Assembly (NCBI GenBank): GCA_033442325.1
Contig: JAWQFM010000001.1
Coordinates: 3,327,711 to 3,391,710, forward strand
Origin: Salpingoeca rosetta
Lineage: Eukaryota > Protista > Choanoflagellata
Length of the DNA stretch: 64,000 nucleotides
Direction: 5' to 3'
The position numbers and the translations under genes were made by a program. Shown one piece after another: positions 1 to 27,137 of the stretch. Under the pieces are notes generated by a model. It was not told where the DNA came from and did not search any database. It saw only the letters and a list, made by a program, of their open reading frames with translations. Numbering within the stretch: position 1 is the first letter of the stretch; each line of letters begins with the position of its first letter.

Positions 1-777
1 TCTTGACATACCCTTGCTTGAAGAAGCCAGCCTGATACGTGGTGAGGACGGTGTCTGCTGCATCTTGGTGGCCAGTGGCAAACAGAAGACCAATGTGGTG
101 GTTGGCTCGCCATTCCTCCGCGCAGGGCACGGGGGACAGCCCGTCTTGCCGGAACAACACTTCGACACCCTACACAACGCAATATGGCGCGTGAAGTGTG
201 AGCGCATGTGTGTGCGTGCGTGCGTGCATGTGTGTGCGTATGTGTGTATGTGTGCGTATGTGTGTGTTGATGTGTGTGCGCATGTATGTGCGCATGTTTG
301 TGCGCATGTGTGCTGATATGAGTCGGAAAACTCGAGGCGAAAGACCTCGCGTGAGGCTGGATACTGGTGAGCCTTGAGATGAAACAAGAACACGTGGCTG
401 CATTGCTGCGTCGACACACCTCCTCGCGCAGGCGGGATGTGAGCGCCAGCTGGTATGGGTTGAGGTCCGAGTAGGAGCACTGCGGTGTGACTGCGAGAAG
501 CCGCTGCCAGTGCCAGGCCTTGAGCAGATGCACCAGATGCGACATGAGCGCGTCGTCGTTGTCGCGCGGCAGCACATTACACTCTGATATTGCGGTATGT
601 TGTTGCATGGGAAAGGAGGAGGGGAGGAGGGCAACGTGTTGATGCATGAGGTTGTGTGTGTGTGTGTGTGGGGGGGAGTGTGAGGGTAAACAAACATTCA
701 AAGGAGAGCCACTCTCGGTGCTGAAGCAAGGTGAAGCCTGTGTACAAAGCACGGGTGTGCTGGGTGTGGGCACCGAG

Positions 778-840
<63 letters not shown>

Positions 841-1319
841 GTCTGGGTGATATTGAGGGCTGTCATGTTGGTGGTGATGCAGAGGGTGCTGCTGCGATCA
901 TCATCACCATCGCCGCCGCTGCCACCACCACCACCATCACCACCACCACCACCATCCCCATCATCATCGCTACGCTCGGTAGCGATGGTTGTGGCGTCGA
1001 TCACTTGCACCTGCAGTGTTGATGCGGGTGCATCTGGCAAATCATCCACCGCGTATGATGCTGCTGCCTGAATCACCGCCAGTTCCTCAACAAGCACGGG
1101 ATGCCGCACTTCAACAAGAATGTAGCCGATGGGGTGACTGCCGGTGGTGGTGGTGGTCGGGGGTTCAGCGACGCGCTTCGCCCCGTTACTGTTCTCTTTG
1201 GTGCTCGCACCAGTTACAACCAAGGGTCTTTGCTGTTGCAGATCCACCGCCATCGCTGCCAGCAGCACAACAACCACCTCAAGCACCCGGCTGCGTCTGC
1301 AAGACCGCTTCACCACCAT
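1..1319 (-). CDS. Putative membrane receptor N-terminus with ANF-receptor/Venus-flytrap-like ligand-binding domain (runs off window start)
   Basis: Phase-consistent exons 1319-839, 583-420 and 169-<1 (absent from the ORF track). Hydrophobic N-terminus MVVKRSCRRSRVLEVVVVLLAAMAV, then IGYILV...IQAAASYAVDDL...TLQVQVID, VLPRDNDDALMSHLVHLLKAWHWQRLLAV and IGLLFATGHQDAADTVLTTYQAGFFKQGYV. These resemble ANF_receptor consensus blocks in order, though a middle block appears to be missing. Confidence 0.5.
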
Positions 1320-1875
1320 CCTGCTGCTGCACTGCACGCTTCGTCGTCAGGGCGAGCGATGACGAACGACGACGGCAAGTGACAATGGTGGTGATACAGG
1401 AAGAGGAAGAGCACTAGTTAGCAGGAAAGGGGAGTGAGGGAAGATAAGGAGGAGAGGGGACACGGCGGCGTGCAACATCAGCGTTAACAGCGGCCTAAGT
1501 GGCTAGAGCAAGGAGAAAATGACGAGATGCCACGAATGCACCACTTCCTCGCTTCTTGACCTCCACCAACAAACAGCTCATCGCTTCTTCATGTGCGTTT
1601 ATGTAAGCTCTGAGAGGGAGAAACACACACACACACACGCGCACCATGCTGCTTCGTTGAATGCAATCACGAGGCGATGTAGGATGCTTTCCAAGAAACG
1701 TCACAAAGAGACAAAGAGAGCCCAAGAAGCAAAAGAAGCGAGCAAGGCTTAAACGCCCCCGATTGGATCATTCGCCACTCGCACCCACGTCATCGCAGGC
1801 GTTCGAGGCGTTTCAAACGCAGCACATTGCGCAAGAAGCAGCAAGCGAAGAGGAAGACGACGACAGCACGAAATT

Positions 1876-5529
<3,654 letters not shown>

Positions 5530-5548
5530 GGCCCTCCTTGTGTGTGTT

Positions 5549-5650
<102 letters not shown>

Positions 5651-5801
5651 GGAGTGTTCAACGTTTTGGTGAGTGAGGTGTCCTCCTCCTACTCCTCGGA
5701 ATTTTGTTAGATGATGTCCACAACTTTCAGCAAACAAACCAAACAAACCCGACGAAGCAACTAACTGGCCAAGCCCAAACTGCAATCACTGTGGGAGGAG
5801 G

Positions 5802-8800
5802 ATGGGGTTGCTGGCTGGGATCGCGTGCATGTGCCTTGGCGGCGTGCTCGCCGGATTGTACACAGGTGAGGAGGGGAGGGCATACATCTGCTAGCCCGGA
5901 GCATGATGGAGTGGGTCACACTTGTTCGTGCGGTCAGTGGATTTGATGGCTGCGATCGTTGACATGACTGCATTACCCGCTGTGTTGGTTGTCTGTCACC
6001 TGAAGCTTGTGATTGACACTGCGTTTTGTTCTTGGGCCAGTGCCGATGAACAGGGTGAAAGGCTGGGCATGGGAGAACGTGTGCTTCGTGTACGCAATCT
6101 ACGGCATGGTATGTGTCTGTGCGTGTGCGTGTGTGTGTGTGCGTGTGTGCGTGCATACGTGTGTGTGTGTAACATTGCTTCTTGTTATCATCCACGACAC
6201 GCTCACATCATGCTGGCGTTGCAGGTCTTGTTTCCATGGATACTGGTGTTTTTCTCTGTCACAGACGCGCTTCGCGTGTACCAGGAGGCACCGCCCGCCG
6301 CGCTTGGGAAGGCAATAGGCATGGGCGTGCTCTGGGGTGTGGGATCAACGCTCTTCTGCTTGGTCAGTGACCCAGTGGACGAGTGTGCTTCCATCAGCAA
6401 CACTGCAGCTTGTCCTTGACTCATATGTTTGGGCAAGAAAAGGGGGTCTTTCAGCTAGCATGGGGGTATGAATGAGGCAACATACCAGTGCAGGGGCACA
6501 TTGATGTGGGTTTGTGTTGCCTATTGTCAACAGGGGGTCGATGCATTGGGAAGCAGCCTCGCCTTCTCAATCATCCTGGTCAGTCCAAGCCCGCGACCGC
6601 GTGCGGCGGCATTGTTGCTTGAAAGCTGGCTTGTGCCTGTTTCATGCGTGTCCACAACCAACAGAACAGCATCCGACTTTGCGACGAATTCACTCGAGTG
6701 GTGCATGTGTGCACGCATGAATGTGTGTGCATGTGCGTGCATTTGTGTCCGTACAGGGGCTGACGGCTGGGCTTGGTTCGGCGGTTCCGCTTGTTGCGCT
6801 GCATCCGCACGACATTGCCTCGAACGAAGGCATCATGACGTGGTGCGCATGTCATGTGTTGCGTTTGGCGGGCGGGGACGGGGGCGGCAGCAACCGTTGG
6901 TCGTGTGAAGGCGTTTGAACATGTCTTTGTACAGAGCTCACGTGCTTGTGCTGGCTTACTTGGGGCAACTGGATTCCCCTCAATTGACTTGTGTCCGTGT
7001 ACGCGTGCGCGTGTGTGTCTACTAGGGTTGGTATGGCGGTCATTTTGATAGGTCTTGTGTTTCTGGGACGCGCAGGCAAGCTAAAAGAACGAGAGCAGGT
7101 ACGTACGCGTGTGTATGTGTGTGCGTGCGTGCATGTGTGCGTGCATGTACGCGTGTGTATGTGTGTGCGTACATATGTCCTTCATGTGTGCGTGCGTGCG
7201 TGTGCTATGCATGTTCGCGCCAAGTGCAACGGAAAATGCCTTGTTGTGTTCCTCCGTTTCCGTGGAATTGGCCACACCAACACACCATCACATGTTTGAG
7301 TCGTTCTGTCGCCATCAACACCAACAGCGCGGTGGTGCGGTCGTCCTCAATTCTGCTGCAACGGAGGGAACACCACTGGTCCTTGATGCACAACACAACA
7401 CCCTGGAGGCGGGGGGTGCCAGGAGCATCAAGCCCAACAAACACAAAGCCATCAATGGCACCCCACCATCAAGCCCTAAACTATCTGCCTCCTCCTCACT
7501 ATCGCCGTCATCATCGTCCACTTTCCTTTCCGGTCTCATCATCTGCCTCTTCTCCGGCGTGTTCTCCCCAGCACTCAACTTTGGCATCACCTTCGGCAGG
7601 TGCGTACATGTGTGTGCATGTGCGTGTGTGTGTGTTTGCTTGTGCGTGTGTGTGCATGTGCGTGTGTGTGTGTTTGCTTGTGCGTGTGCGTGTGTTTGTT
7701 TGTGTGTGTGTGTTTGCTTGTGTGTGTGTGTGTTTGTTTGTTTGTTTGTATGTGTGCACGCATGTGTGTATGTATGTGTGTGCGTGTGTGTTTGTTTGTG
7801 TGTATGTGTGCACGCGTGTGTGTGTTTGTGTGTGCGTGTGTGTGTTTGTTTGTGCGTGTGAATGTGTGTTTGTTTGTGCGTGTGTGTGTTTGTTTGTATG
7901 CGTGTGCATGTGTGTGTGTGTGTGTATCCTCACCTGCTCGTGTGTGCGCGCGTACTTGCACACGTGCGATCTGTGTTCGATTGGGTGACAAACTCGACCC
8001 TGTGATGTCGCTGCTTGCGTGGCTGTCGACCTCCCTCGTGGCCCAACGTATGAATGCAATGGATGCAGTGACATTACGGACACGGCGACGCGCCTTGGCA
8101 CGCCCTCTGCGCTGTCCAACAATGCCACGTGGTCGCTCGTTGTGGGGGGCGGGTTCATCATCAACCTCATCTGGTGGTCGTACCAGATGACAATGGTGCG
8201 TATCGTGTTGATTTGTGCAGGAAGGTGCTGTCTGATGCACAGCTGTGTGCCTTTGTGACTCTGACCCGTGCTCCATGCTTGCGTGTGCGCACGTTCGCGT
8301 TTGCACTTGGCGGCCTCACACGACCAGTGGCGGTGTTGCTGCCTGTGTGACGCTGCAGAACAAGACGTGGGGGAACTTTTGGTTGCGCGAGCCAAAGGCT
8401 GCACCACTGCACAACACCATGTGTGGAGTGCTTGCTGGTGGCCTGTGGTACGGTGGCAACGTCCTGTACGGCGTGGGTGGACAGCTTGTCGGCGACCTGG
8501 GCACTGTACGTGTTGCTGTCTTTATTTGTTTATGCGTTTGTACCCGTTTGTATGTGTGAGTGTGGGTTTATGTGAGTGTGAGTGTGTGTTTGTGTGAGTG
8601 TATGTGTATGCGTGAGTGAGTGAGTGAGTGAGTGTGTGTGAATGTGTGTGTTTGTGCATGTGTGTGTGCATGTGTGTGTGCATGTGTGAGTGAGTGAGTG
8701 AGTGAGTGTGTGTGTGTGTGTGTTTGTGAATGTGTGAGTGGGCTTGCGCTTGCACCAGCATCTGCGCCTCTTCTGTGCTTTGTGTTTGTGCCAAAAACAA

Positions 8801-9349
8801 TCGCCCGGGAGTTTGACATAAACAACTGCCTTCATCGCTCCTGCCCCATCCCTTCCTCCTTCATGCACGCTGCTTGACTTTGCGATCGTTTTGGCGCAGG
8901 TGCTTGGGTTTCCCATCTTCTTGAGCCTGATGATCATCACCTCGAGCGTTGCTGGGGTCATCACAGGTCCGGCTGTGGCTGACTCTGTATGCGTATGTGT
9001 GCGTGTGCATGTTTGTGTGTGTGCGTGTGCATGTTTGTGTGTGTGCGTGTGCGTGTGTATGTGTTCGTGTGCATGTTTGTGTGTGTGCGTGTGCGTGTGT
9101 ATGTGTTCGTGTGCATGTTTGTGTGTGTGTGTTTGTGTGTGTGGTTGCTGTGTTGAGAGTGGTGTGGTGCCCACTTCACAACAGCATCACCCTCACGCGC
9201 GCTTTCTTGCTTTCTTCCATCCATCAACCACCCACACGATGATAGGAGAATGGCGAGGGACGAGTGTGCGATCGCGATCGCACATGCTGGGTGGGATGCT
9301 GCTCTTGGTCGTGGCTGTTGTGCTCATTGGCGTCGGCCCCATCCTCTGA
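5802..9349 (+). CDS. rhaT: L-rhamnose-proton symporter family (RhaT, DMT superfamily), multi-exon
   Basis: Exons from 5802-5865 and 6041-6108 onward give [34 protein letters not shown]...LFPW...[38 protein letters not shown]...[18 protein letters not shown]...[10 protein letters not shown]...[16 protein letters not shown]...GEWRG...LIGVGPIL*. This matches RhaT hallmarks. Confidence 0.85.
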
Positions 9350-9695
9350 CGCTGCGCACACCCCATAAACAACACCACCTGCCAAGAATGTGAAGAAGAT
9401 GAGACATGAACCTATGAACGTGGCACACGGTAGCAGGCGGTGGGAGAAAGGAGAAAAGAGAAAGCAAACAGCTAAACAGAAGGGCGTGAACGAGCGCGGC
9501 ACACGGTAGCAAGCACACACAAACAACAACAGCAAGCCTTGACGGTCCTCCCAGGTTGCTGATTTTTGGAGAAGATGTTCACAATATTCGAAGACAGCGC
9601 AATCCACTGACAACACAACCATAAACAACAAGCACACTCGATCGAAAGCACATCGAACTCACAAACGCCCACCACCATCGTACAACGCAGCCAAG

Positions 9696-16948
<7,253 letters not shown>

Positions 16949-17359
16949 ACGCAGCACACACACGCACACAAGATGTGGTGACCGCTTCTGGTTTGTTGGT
17001 CCCTCTGCGTCACCCGGTTCAAATTGTTAACCACCTTGTTGCCTGCTTCCTTTCCTTGCACTTGTTGCCTGCTTCACCCATTCACTCGTTCCTTGCTTCA
17101 CTTGTTGTGCTTGCTCGCTCGCTCTCTCTTGCTTGCTCGCTCTCTCTTGCTTCCGTGTTTGCCTCGTTTGCCTCATTGCATTCGTTTCCTTCTCCGCCCG
17201 CGTTTTGAGTGGCGACGATTTGCATAAACACCTTAGAAATTTCGTCATCCTTTACGCGAACGACCAGCCAAGACAGACAACCACGCCACCAACCACAACA
17301 CATTGACTGCATTCCCCCCCCCCCCGCACACCCACTCACACACACAGAGCACCGCGACC

Positions 17360-19919
17360 ATGTCTGATGAGATGGTGGCTCAGGCGCTGAAGCGCGCCAA
17401 GGCGCGGGAGGAAGGGCTAGCTGCTTCGTTCATGGCGCCAGCGGCAGAGACGGAGGAAGAGCGCGGGCGCCGCCGCAAGCGCAGGAGCAGGTGGGGCAAC
17501 CAGCCCGCGCCAACCATCACCCCGCTGCTGCCCACCACCCTGCCGCCGGGCTTGACCAAGGAGCAGGAGAAGCAGTTCCTGACGCAGGTGCGCATTGACG
17601 AGCTCACCACCAAGATCCGCAACAAGTACGTGCCAGAGGATCGCTCGCCGTCGCCAGAGCCCGTGTACAACCAGCAGGGCCAGCGCCTCAACACGGCGGA
17701 GATCCGGTACCGGCAGAAGTACGAGAAGGAGCGCCACGACCTCATCCAGGAGATGATGAAGTTGAAGCCATCGTACAGACCGCCCATGGACTACAAGCCT
17801 CCAGACAACAAGCTGACTGACCGCGTCATTGTCCCACAGGAGAAGTACCCAGACATCAACTTCATGGGCCTGCTCATTGGACCGCGCGGCCACACCCTCA
17901 AGAAGCTGGAGCGCGAGACAGGTGCAAAGATTATGATTCGCGGCAAGGGAACCGTCAAGGCAGGCAAAGGTACCGTAACTCACCAACTCACCCACTCATT
18001 GCGAGCGCTTCACGTTTCTGCGGGGTTTGCTTTCTAACCTTATCAACTCCACACACACACAAACACACACACACACACACAAAGACACAGAAACACACAC
18101 AGACACACACAGACAAAGACACACACAAAGACACACAAACACACACAGACACACACTCACACAAACAGACACACAGACACATTTTCACTTTCATACACAC
18201 ACCACGCGCAACCACCACTATCGTACTGAACATGCTGTACTGGCTACCTTGTACTCATCAAACTCACCACAAGCAAGACTCACCCCTTCTCACTCCGTCA
18301 GCCTCATATGACTAACACACACTCACCCATACTCATCCGCGCCACGTACTTTCGCCAATACTCACACAACCCCGTGTCTCTCAACGCGATTGCTCTTGCT
18401 CTTGCTTGCTTGCCTGCGCGCTTGTGCTCTGTACTGCTGACACCGCAACTGCATATGGTGCTCGCCGTCTGCCATGCGCTGCGCTGCATCACGGCACTCG
18501 TCACTTGCATTTTTCCCCCTCCCGTGTGCGCACGCACGTGTCGATGCCACTTGCCTGCTGCGTGCCATTTCCCTGTGTTGACAGCCGGTGCACGCCCCTC
18601 TGCAAACGACTTTGAGGGCGAGCCCATGTTTGCGCTGATCCAGGCGACGGACGCGCAGAAGCTGAGGAAGGCCGTGGCCACCATCGAGGAGGTGATCAAG
18701 ATGGCCATTGAGACGCCCGAGGGCCAGAACGAGCTCAAGCGCATGCAGCTGCGCGAACTCGCCCTGCTCAACGGTACGCTGCGAGACGACGAGCAGTTCC
18801 TTCGCTGCAAGAACTGCGGCTCCAGCCTCCATCGCACGTTCCAGTGCCCCGAGAAGCAGAACTTTGTGAACCAGCAGACGTGTTCTGTCTGTGGCGGGAC
18901 GGGTCACGTTGCTGCCGACTGCCGTTACAAGCGCCCCAATGTGAGTCACTGCTGAGTACGTGCCTATGTATGATTGTATGTATGTATGATTGTATGTATG
19001 TATGTATGTATGTATGTATGTATGTATGTATGTATGTATGTATGTATGTATGTATGTATGTATGTATGTGTGTAGGTGTGTGTGTGTATGGACGTGCGTG
19101 CGTGTGAGCTCGTGAGTGGACGTGCGTGTGTATTTGAGTGAAGATGACAGTGCATGTAGGCGTGCATGTAGGCGTGCATGAAAGCGTGCATGCTTTCTTG
19201 ATGAAAATGTCCCTCTTCACATGCGTCTCGAGATTGTCTGGCGACACTACCTCCATCACCTCACTGCTTCCCCTTCATCCCTCTTTTTTTGCTTCCCTCA
19301 CTTCATCAGGCGTCAGGCCCGCCTGCTTCGAGCGACACGGCCAACCAGGCCAAGATGGACAGCGAGTATCTGTCCCTCATGGCTGAGCTTGGTGAGGTGC
19401 CGGCCCAGCCCCCACCACCGCCAGCTACAACAACAACAACAGCGCCGGCGCGGCGAACGGGCCCCATCTTGGGAGAGGCGCCGCCAAACTTGATGCGGTC
19501 GCACCAGCCGCCAGCATCGACAGCTGCACCGCCGCCGCCACCGCTGCCATCGTCGTCAACACCGGCATCCTCAGGCCCACCGCAACACACGTCCGCATAT
19601 CCGCCGTACCAACCTGCAACGAGCAGCACAGCACCAATGACAACGACAACAACAACATCAGCACCACCACCGCCGCCAACATCAGCACCACCACCACCAC
19701 CACCACCAACGGCAGCAGCAGTGGGCACGGGCAACGGGCAGCAGGGGCCACCGCTGATTACGCCGCCTGTGCCGGGTGGCAGCCACGCTCGCCCCTCCGT
19801 GCCGCCCATCAGCGGTGGGGCGCCGCCACCACCACCACGCCCTTACGGCGGCGGTGGTTACGGACACAACTCCTACCACCAGCAGCCCCACAACCAAGGT
19901 GCGCGCTTGTGATCATTCG

Positions 19920-19975
<56 letters not shown>

Positions 19976-20333
19976 AAACGTGATCCATTGGCGGACGCTG
20001 TTTGCGTGCTTGGCTCATGTGTCCTGCTCGGTTTTTCTGTGCAGCTGCTGTCACTTGCTTTCTCATCATCTTGCGTGCACGCGACTGCTTGTGATTGCTT
20101 GGCAAGCAGGCGGCTGGCCCGGGTATCAAGGGCAGCACTACCAGGGCCACTACAACCAGTACGGCGGCTATCACGGCTACCACCAGCAAGGATATGGCCA
20201 GCACTACCCATACGACCAGCAGGGCTACGGTCAACAGCCACCGCCTCCGCCACCTCCCGACAACCAGCCACCACCTCCTCCACCCCCACCAGACAACCAG
20301 CCTCCACCCCCACCCCCGCCGCCGAGCAACTAA
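17360..20333 (+). CDS. SF1: Splicing factor 1 / branchpoint-bridging protein
   Basis: RRKRRSRW (ULM), [13 protein letters not shown] domain [38 protein letters not shown]2 [19 protein letters not shown], two CCHC knuckles, [13 protein letters not shown] and a Pro-rich tail. Four exons. Confidence 0.97.
18963..19070 (+). repeat. (TATG)n tetranucleotide microsatellite in SF1 intron
   Basis: Directly visible. Confidence 0.9.
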
Positions 20334-20453
20334 GCTTGCGTGCGTGTCGTCGTGTCGTCGTGTCGTCGTTGGCTTGAGGCGTGTTGGGGGTTCACCGCAA
20401 TGTCCCTGGACTTGCTGTTGTTGCGTACTTGCTGTTCATGTTTGATTGTATGG

Positions 20454-20500
<47 letters not shown>

Positions 20501-20849
20501 GTGTGTGCTGTGTGTGTGCGTGTGTGTGTGCTGTGTGTGTGTGTGCTGTGTCGTTTGTCTGTTCGACTCACCTTTGCGTGCAGTGTTGTTGCTTTGCTCA
20601 CCCTTGCCTGCTGCTCACCACCGTCTTTGCTCCACTCATGCTGTGTGTCGTTCACAATGGCGTGCTCACGATCCACTGGATGTTTGGCTCACGGTTTTAT
20701 GTTGCGTTGTTGTCAGTTCACATCAGTCAAGTTGCCCCACACAATAAACACAGGAGATCAATATGTGCGACGTCCCCCACATCAGCAAGCAGCATGACGC
20801 TGCTTGCAACACACACACACACACATGCACAAACAAAACAAACAAACAA

Positions 20850-20888
<39 letters not shown>

Positions 20889-20899
20889 GCTCCGTTGCG

Positions 20900-24457
<3,558 letters not shown>

Positions 24458-24594
24458 CACAACACGTCTGTCGCCGAAGTGGTCGAGAGTTGAAGCAACG
24501 CTGGCTGTGGCTGGCTGGTGTGGCCGCGGTGTTGTCGTTGTTGGCGGTGTGTCATCACTACATTTTGTCCTGTTGCTATCGACCACCCAAGATC

Positions 24595-25908
24595 ATGGCT
24601 GAGGTTTGTTCCTCACAGCACTGGCATCTCATGTTGCATCGCTGCCCTTCCTTTGCTATATTGCTTGTGTTGGCTTTCATCGAGTGTCATTGCGTGCATG
24701 TGCGCGACGTCACATCACATCACATCACTGCCAGGAGGATATGACGACCATCTCGGCTGAGCAACTGGCCGAGTACATCTTCGCTGGCGCAGACAAGGAC
24801 GGCAATGGCTGGCTCTCCCGAAACGAGTTGAAGAAGTTCCTCAGTGGACACGCTACTCTCAAGCAGCATATCCTCGAACGCGGTGGCCTCCACTGGAAGG
24901 TGTGCCTTGTGCATCAGCGTCTGTGCGTGCGTGAGTGAGTGGGTGAGTGTGTTTGTGTCTGTGTTTGAGTGTTTGAGTGAGTGAGTGAGTGAGTGCGTGC
25001 GTGAGTGAGTGTGTACACTTGTGAGTGAGTTTGTACACTTGCGAGTGAGTGAGTGAGTGCGTGCGTGAGTGAGTGTGTACACTTGTGAGTGAGTTTGTAC
25101 ACTTGCGTGTGTGTGTGTGTGTGTGTGCGTGTGAAAGGTGAAGTTGCATAGGCTTGGCTGCACAGCCTTGTGCTGTCGTGCTCACGGTTCATCTGCTGCT
25201 TTGTTGGACTGCGATCCATCCTCCCACGCTCACCATATCGTGTCTTCTGCTTCATTATATTCACGCATGCATGCTCCTTGGACTCACAGACCTTGTTTGA
25301 TGCACTGGACGAGAACCACGACGGGCGCATCCAAGAGCACGAGCTCGCCGAGTTCTTGACAGACCTCCCTCCGTTGAAGACGTCAGACCCTGACGCATTC
25401 GATCCTGCGACTGCCCGTGAGGAGCAGGCCTCCAGCAGCAACATCGACGAGGACCGCAACAGTGACGGCAACACAGATGACGACGACCAGCACAACGAGC
25501 AAGATAACAGGGGGAGCAGCGCAGCGAAAGCTGAGGAGCATGACGATGGGTCTGAAGAAGCAGGCGAGATGACACCTGGATACACGCTGGAGCAGGAGTT
25601 TGACCTCGCAGGCGAACAGCAGCAACAGGAGCAGGAGGAACAGGAGGAACAGGAGGAGCACAAGGGCGGGGACGATGACGTTGGTGTTCCTGGTGTTCCT
25701 GATGTTGAGCAAAGGGAAGACGAGCCAGCGCATACCGGTGAAACAGAGGACACACAAAGTACACCGCCATCATCAACCGCTGTGACCGCAGAAGCAGCTG
25801 TCGAGGGGCAACACTCGCTCGCCGACGTCCAAAAGGAGTATCAGGCGCAACTCCAAGCCCGCGAGGCACCAGTGCTCAATCTCCAACAACAGCAGCAACA
25901 ACAACAGC

Positions 25909-25984
<76 letters not shown>

Positions 25985-26438
25985 GCAGCAGCCGGCGTTT
26001 CGTGCACGGGCGGCAACAGCGCCAACAATGGCTCGAACAACTCTCGCCCCGCAGCAGACAGTCATGATTCAGCAGAGTCAGTTTTGCGCCCTGTGCGTGC
26101 GTGCGTGTGCGTGCGTGTGCGTGTGCGTGTGTGTGCGTGTGTGTGCGGAGTGTGTGCGGAGTGTACGTGCTGTGTTGTGAGTTTACTTTCATGTTGTATC
26201 GTGGCAGTGCTCGTGCCATCTTCAGCACTCACAACAGCGATCACTGGTGCTTTGCGTCTTGGATGGGCCAGCGGTGGTTGAGGACTCAGTGCCTGCAAGC
26301 ATCCTGTACGAGCGAACAGCACAGCTCACCCGCCAGCGACTCTACGAGATGTGGAACGCAAAGGTGCCCACTGCACAGAACTGTGGGTGTGTGCGTATGT
26401 GTGCGTGTGCGTGCGTGCGTGTGTGTGTGTATGTGTGT

Positions 26439-26488
<50 letters not shown>

Positions 26489-27096
26489 NNNNNNNNNNNN
26501 NNNNNNNNNNNNNNNNNNNNNNNNNNNNNNNNNNNNNNNNNNNNNNNNNNNNNNNNNNNNNNNNNNNNNNNNNNNNNNNNNNNNNNNNNNNNNNNNNNNN
26601 NNNNNNNNNNNNNNNNNNNNNNNNNNNGACATCTATCTTCTACTCCATCTGCTCCTCACTGTCTGTACATCGTTCGTCGTGCTGACTTCTCTACTTGCTG
26701 CCTCCTACTGCCTAAATACTTCCTTTACTTACCAGCATGGATCACATCATCCTCCTCACCTCACCTCACTACTCGCACCCAGCATATACCTATATCTAGA
26801 CGTACTACTGCCATGAACGACTCAGCACAATGCGCACCCATCATCCGCGCGCCCCACTACCTCCACCTCAATAAACACCTACAACTTATATTCTGCCAGC
26901 ACCCCCTACTCACCCCCCTCTCTGATCCCTCCGTCTTTCCTAAGTTTATGCAGGCGACCCAGTATCGGCTCTCTTCCGCTTTCGTCCTTCTGATTTTAGT
27001 TTTATCGTTTGAGCGCCTAATGCCCCAATCACACTCACTCCCTTTAAGACACAAAAAAAAATTCTCCGCTCCCCCTCCACATCCCCTCACACGCAA

Positions 27097-27137
<41 letters not shown>

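Noticed and set aside
7109-8306. Many long Cys/Val or His/Thr ORFs (CVCVCV, HTHTHT) here and across the window
   Set aside because: They are translations of intronic (TG)n/(CA)n microsatellites, not proteins.
26628-27090. Compositionally odd, C/T/A-rich segment suggesting a foreign insert
   Set aside because: It directly abuts an N-gap, looks like low-quality read-end sequence, and shows no coding or transposon hallmark.
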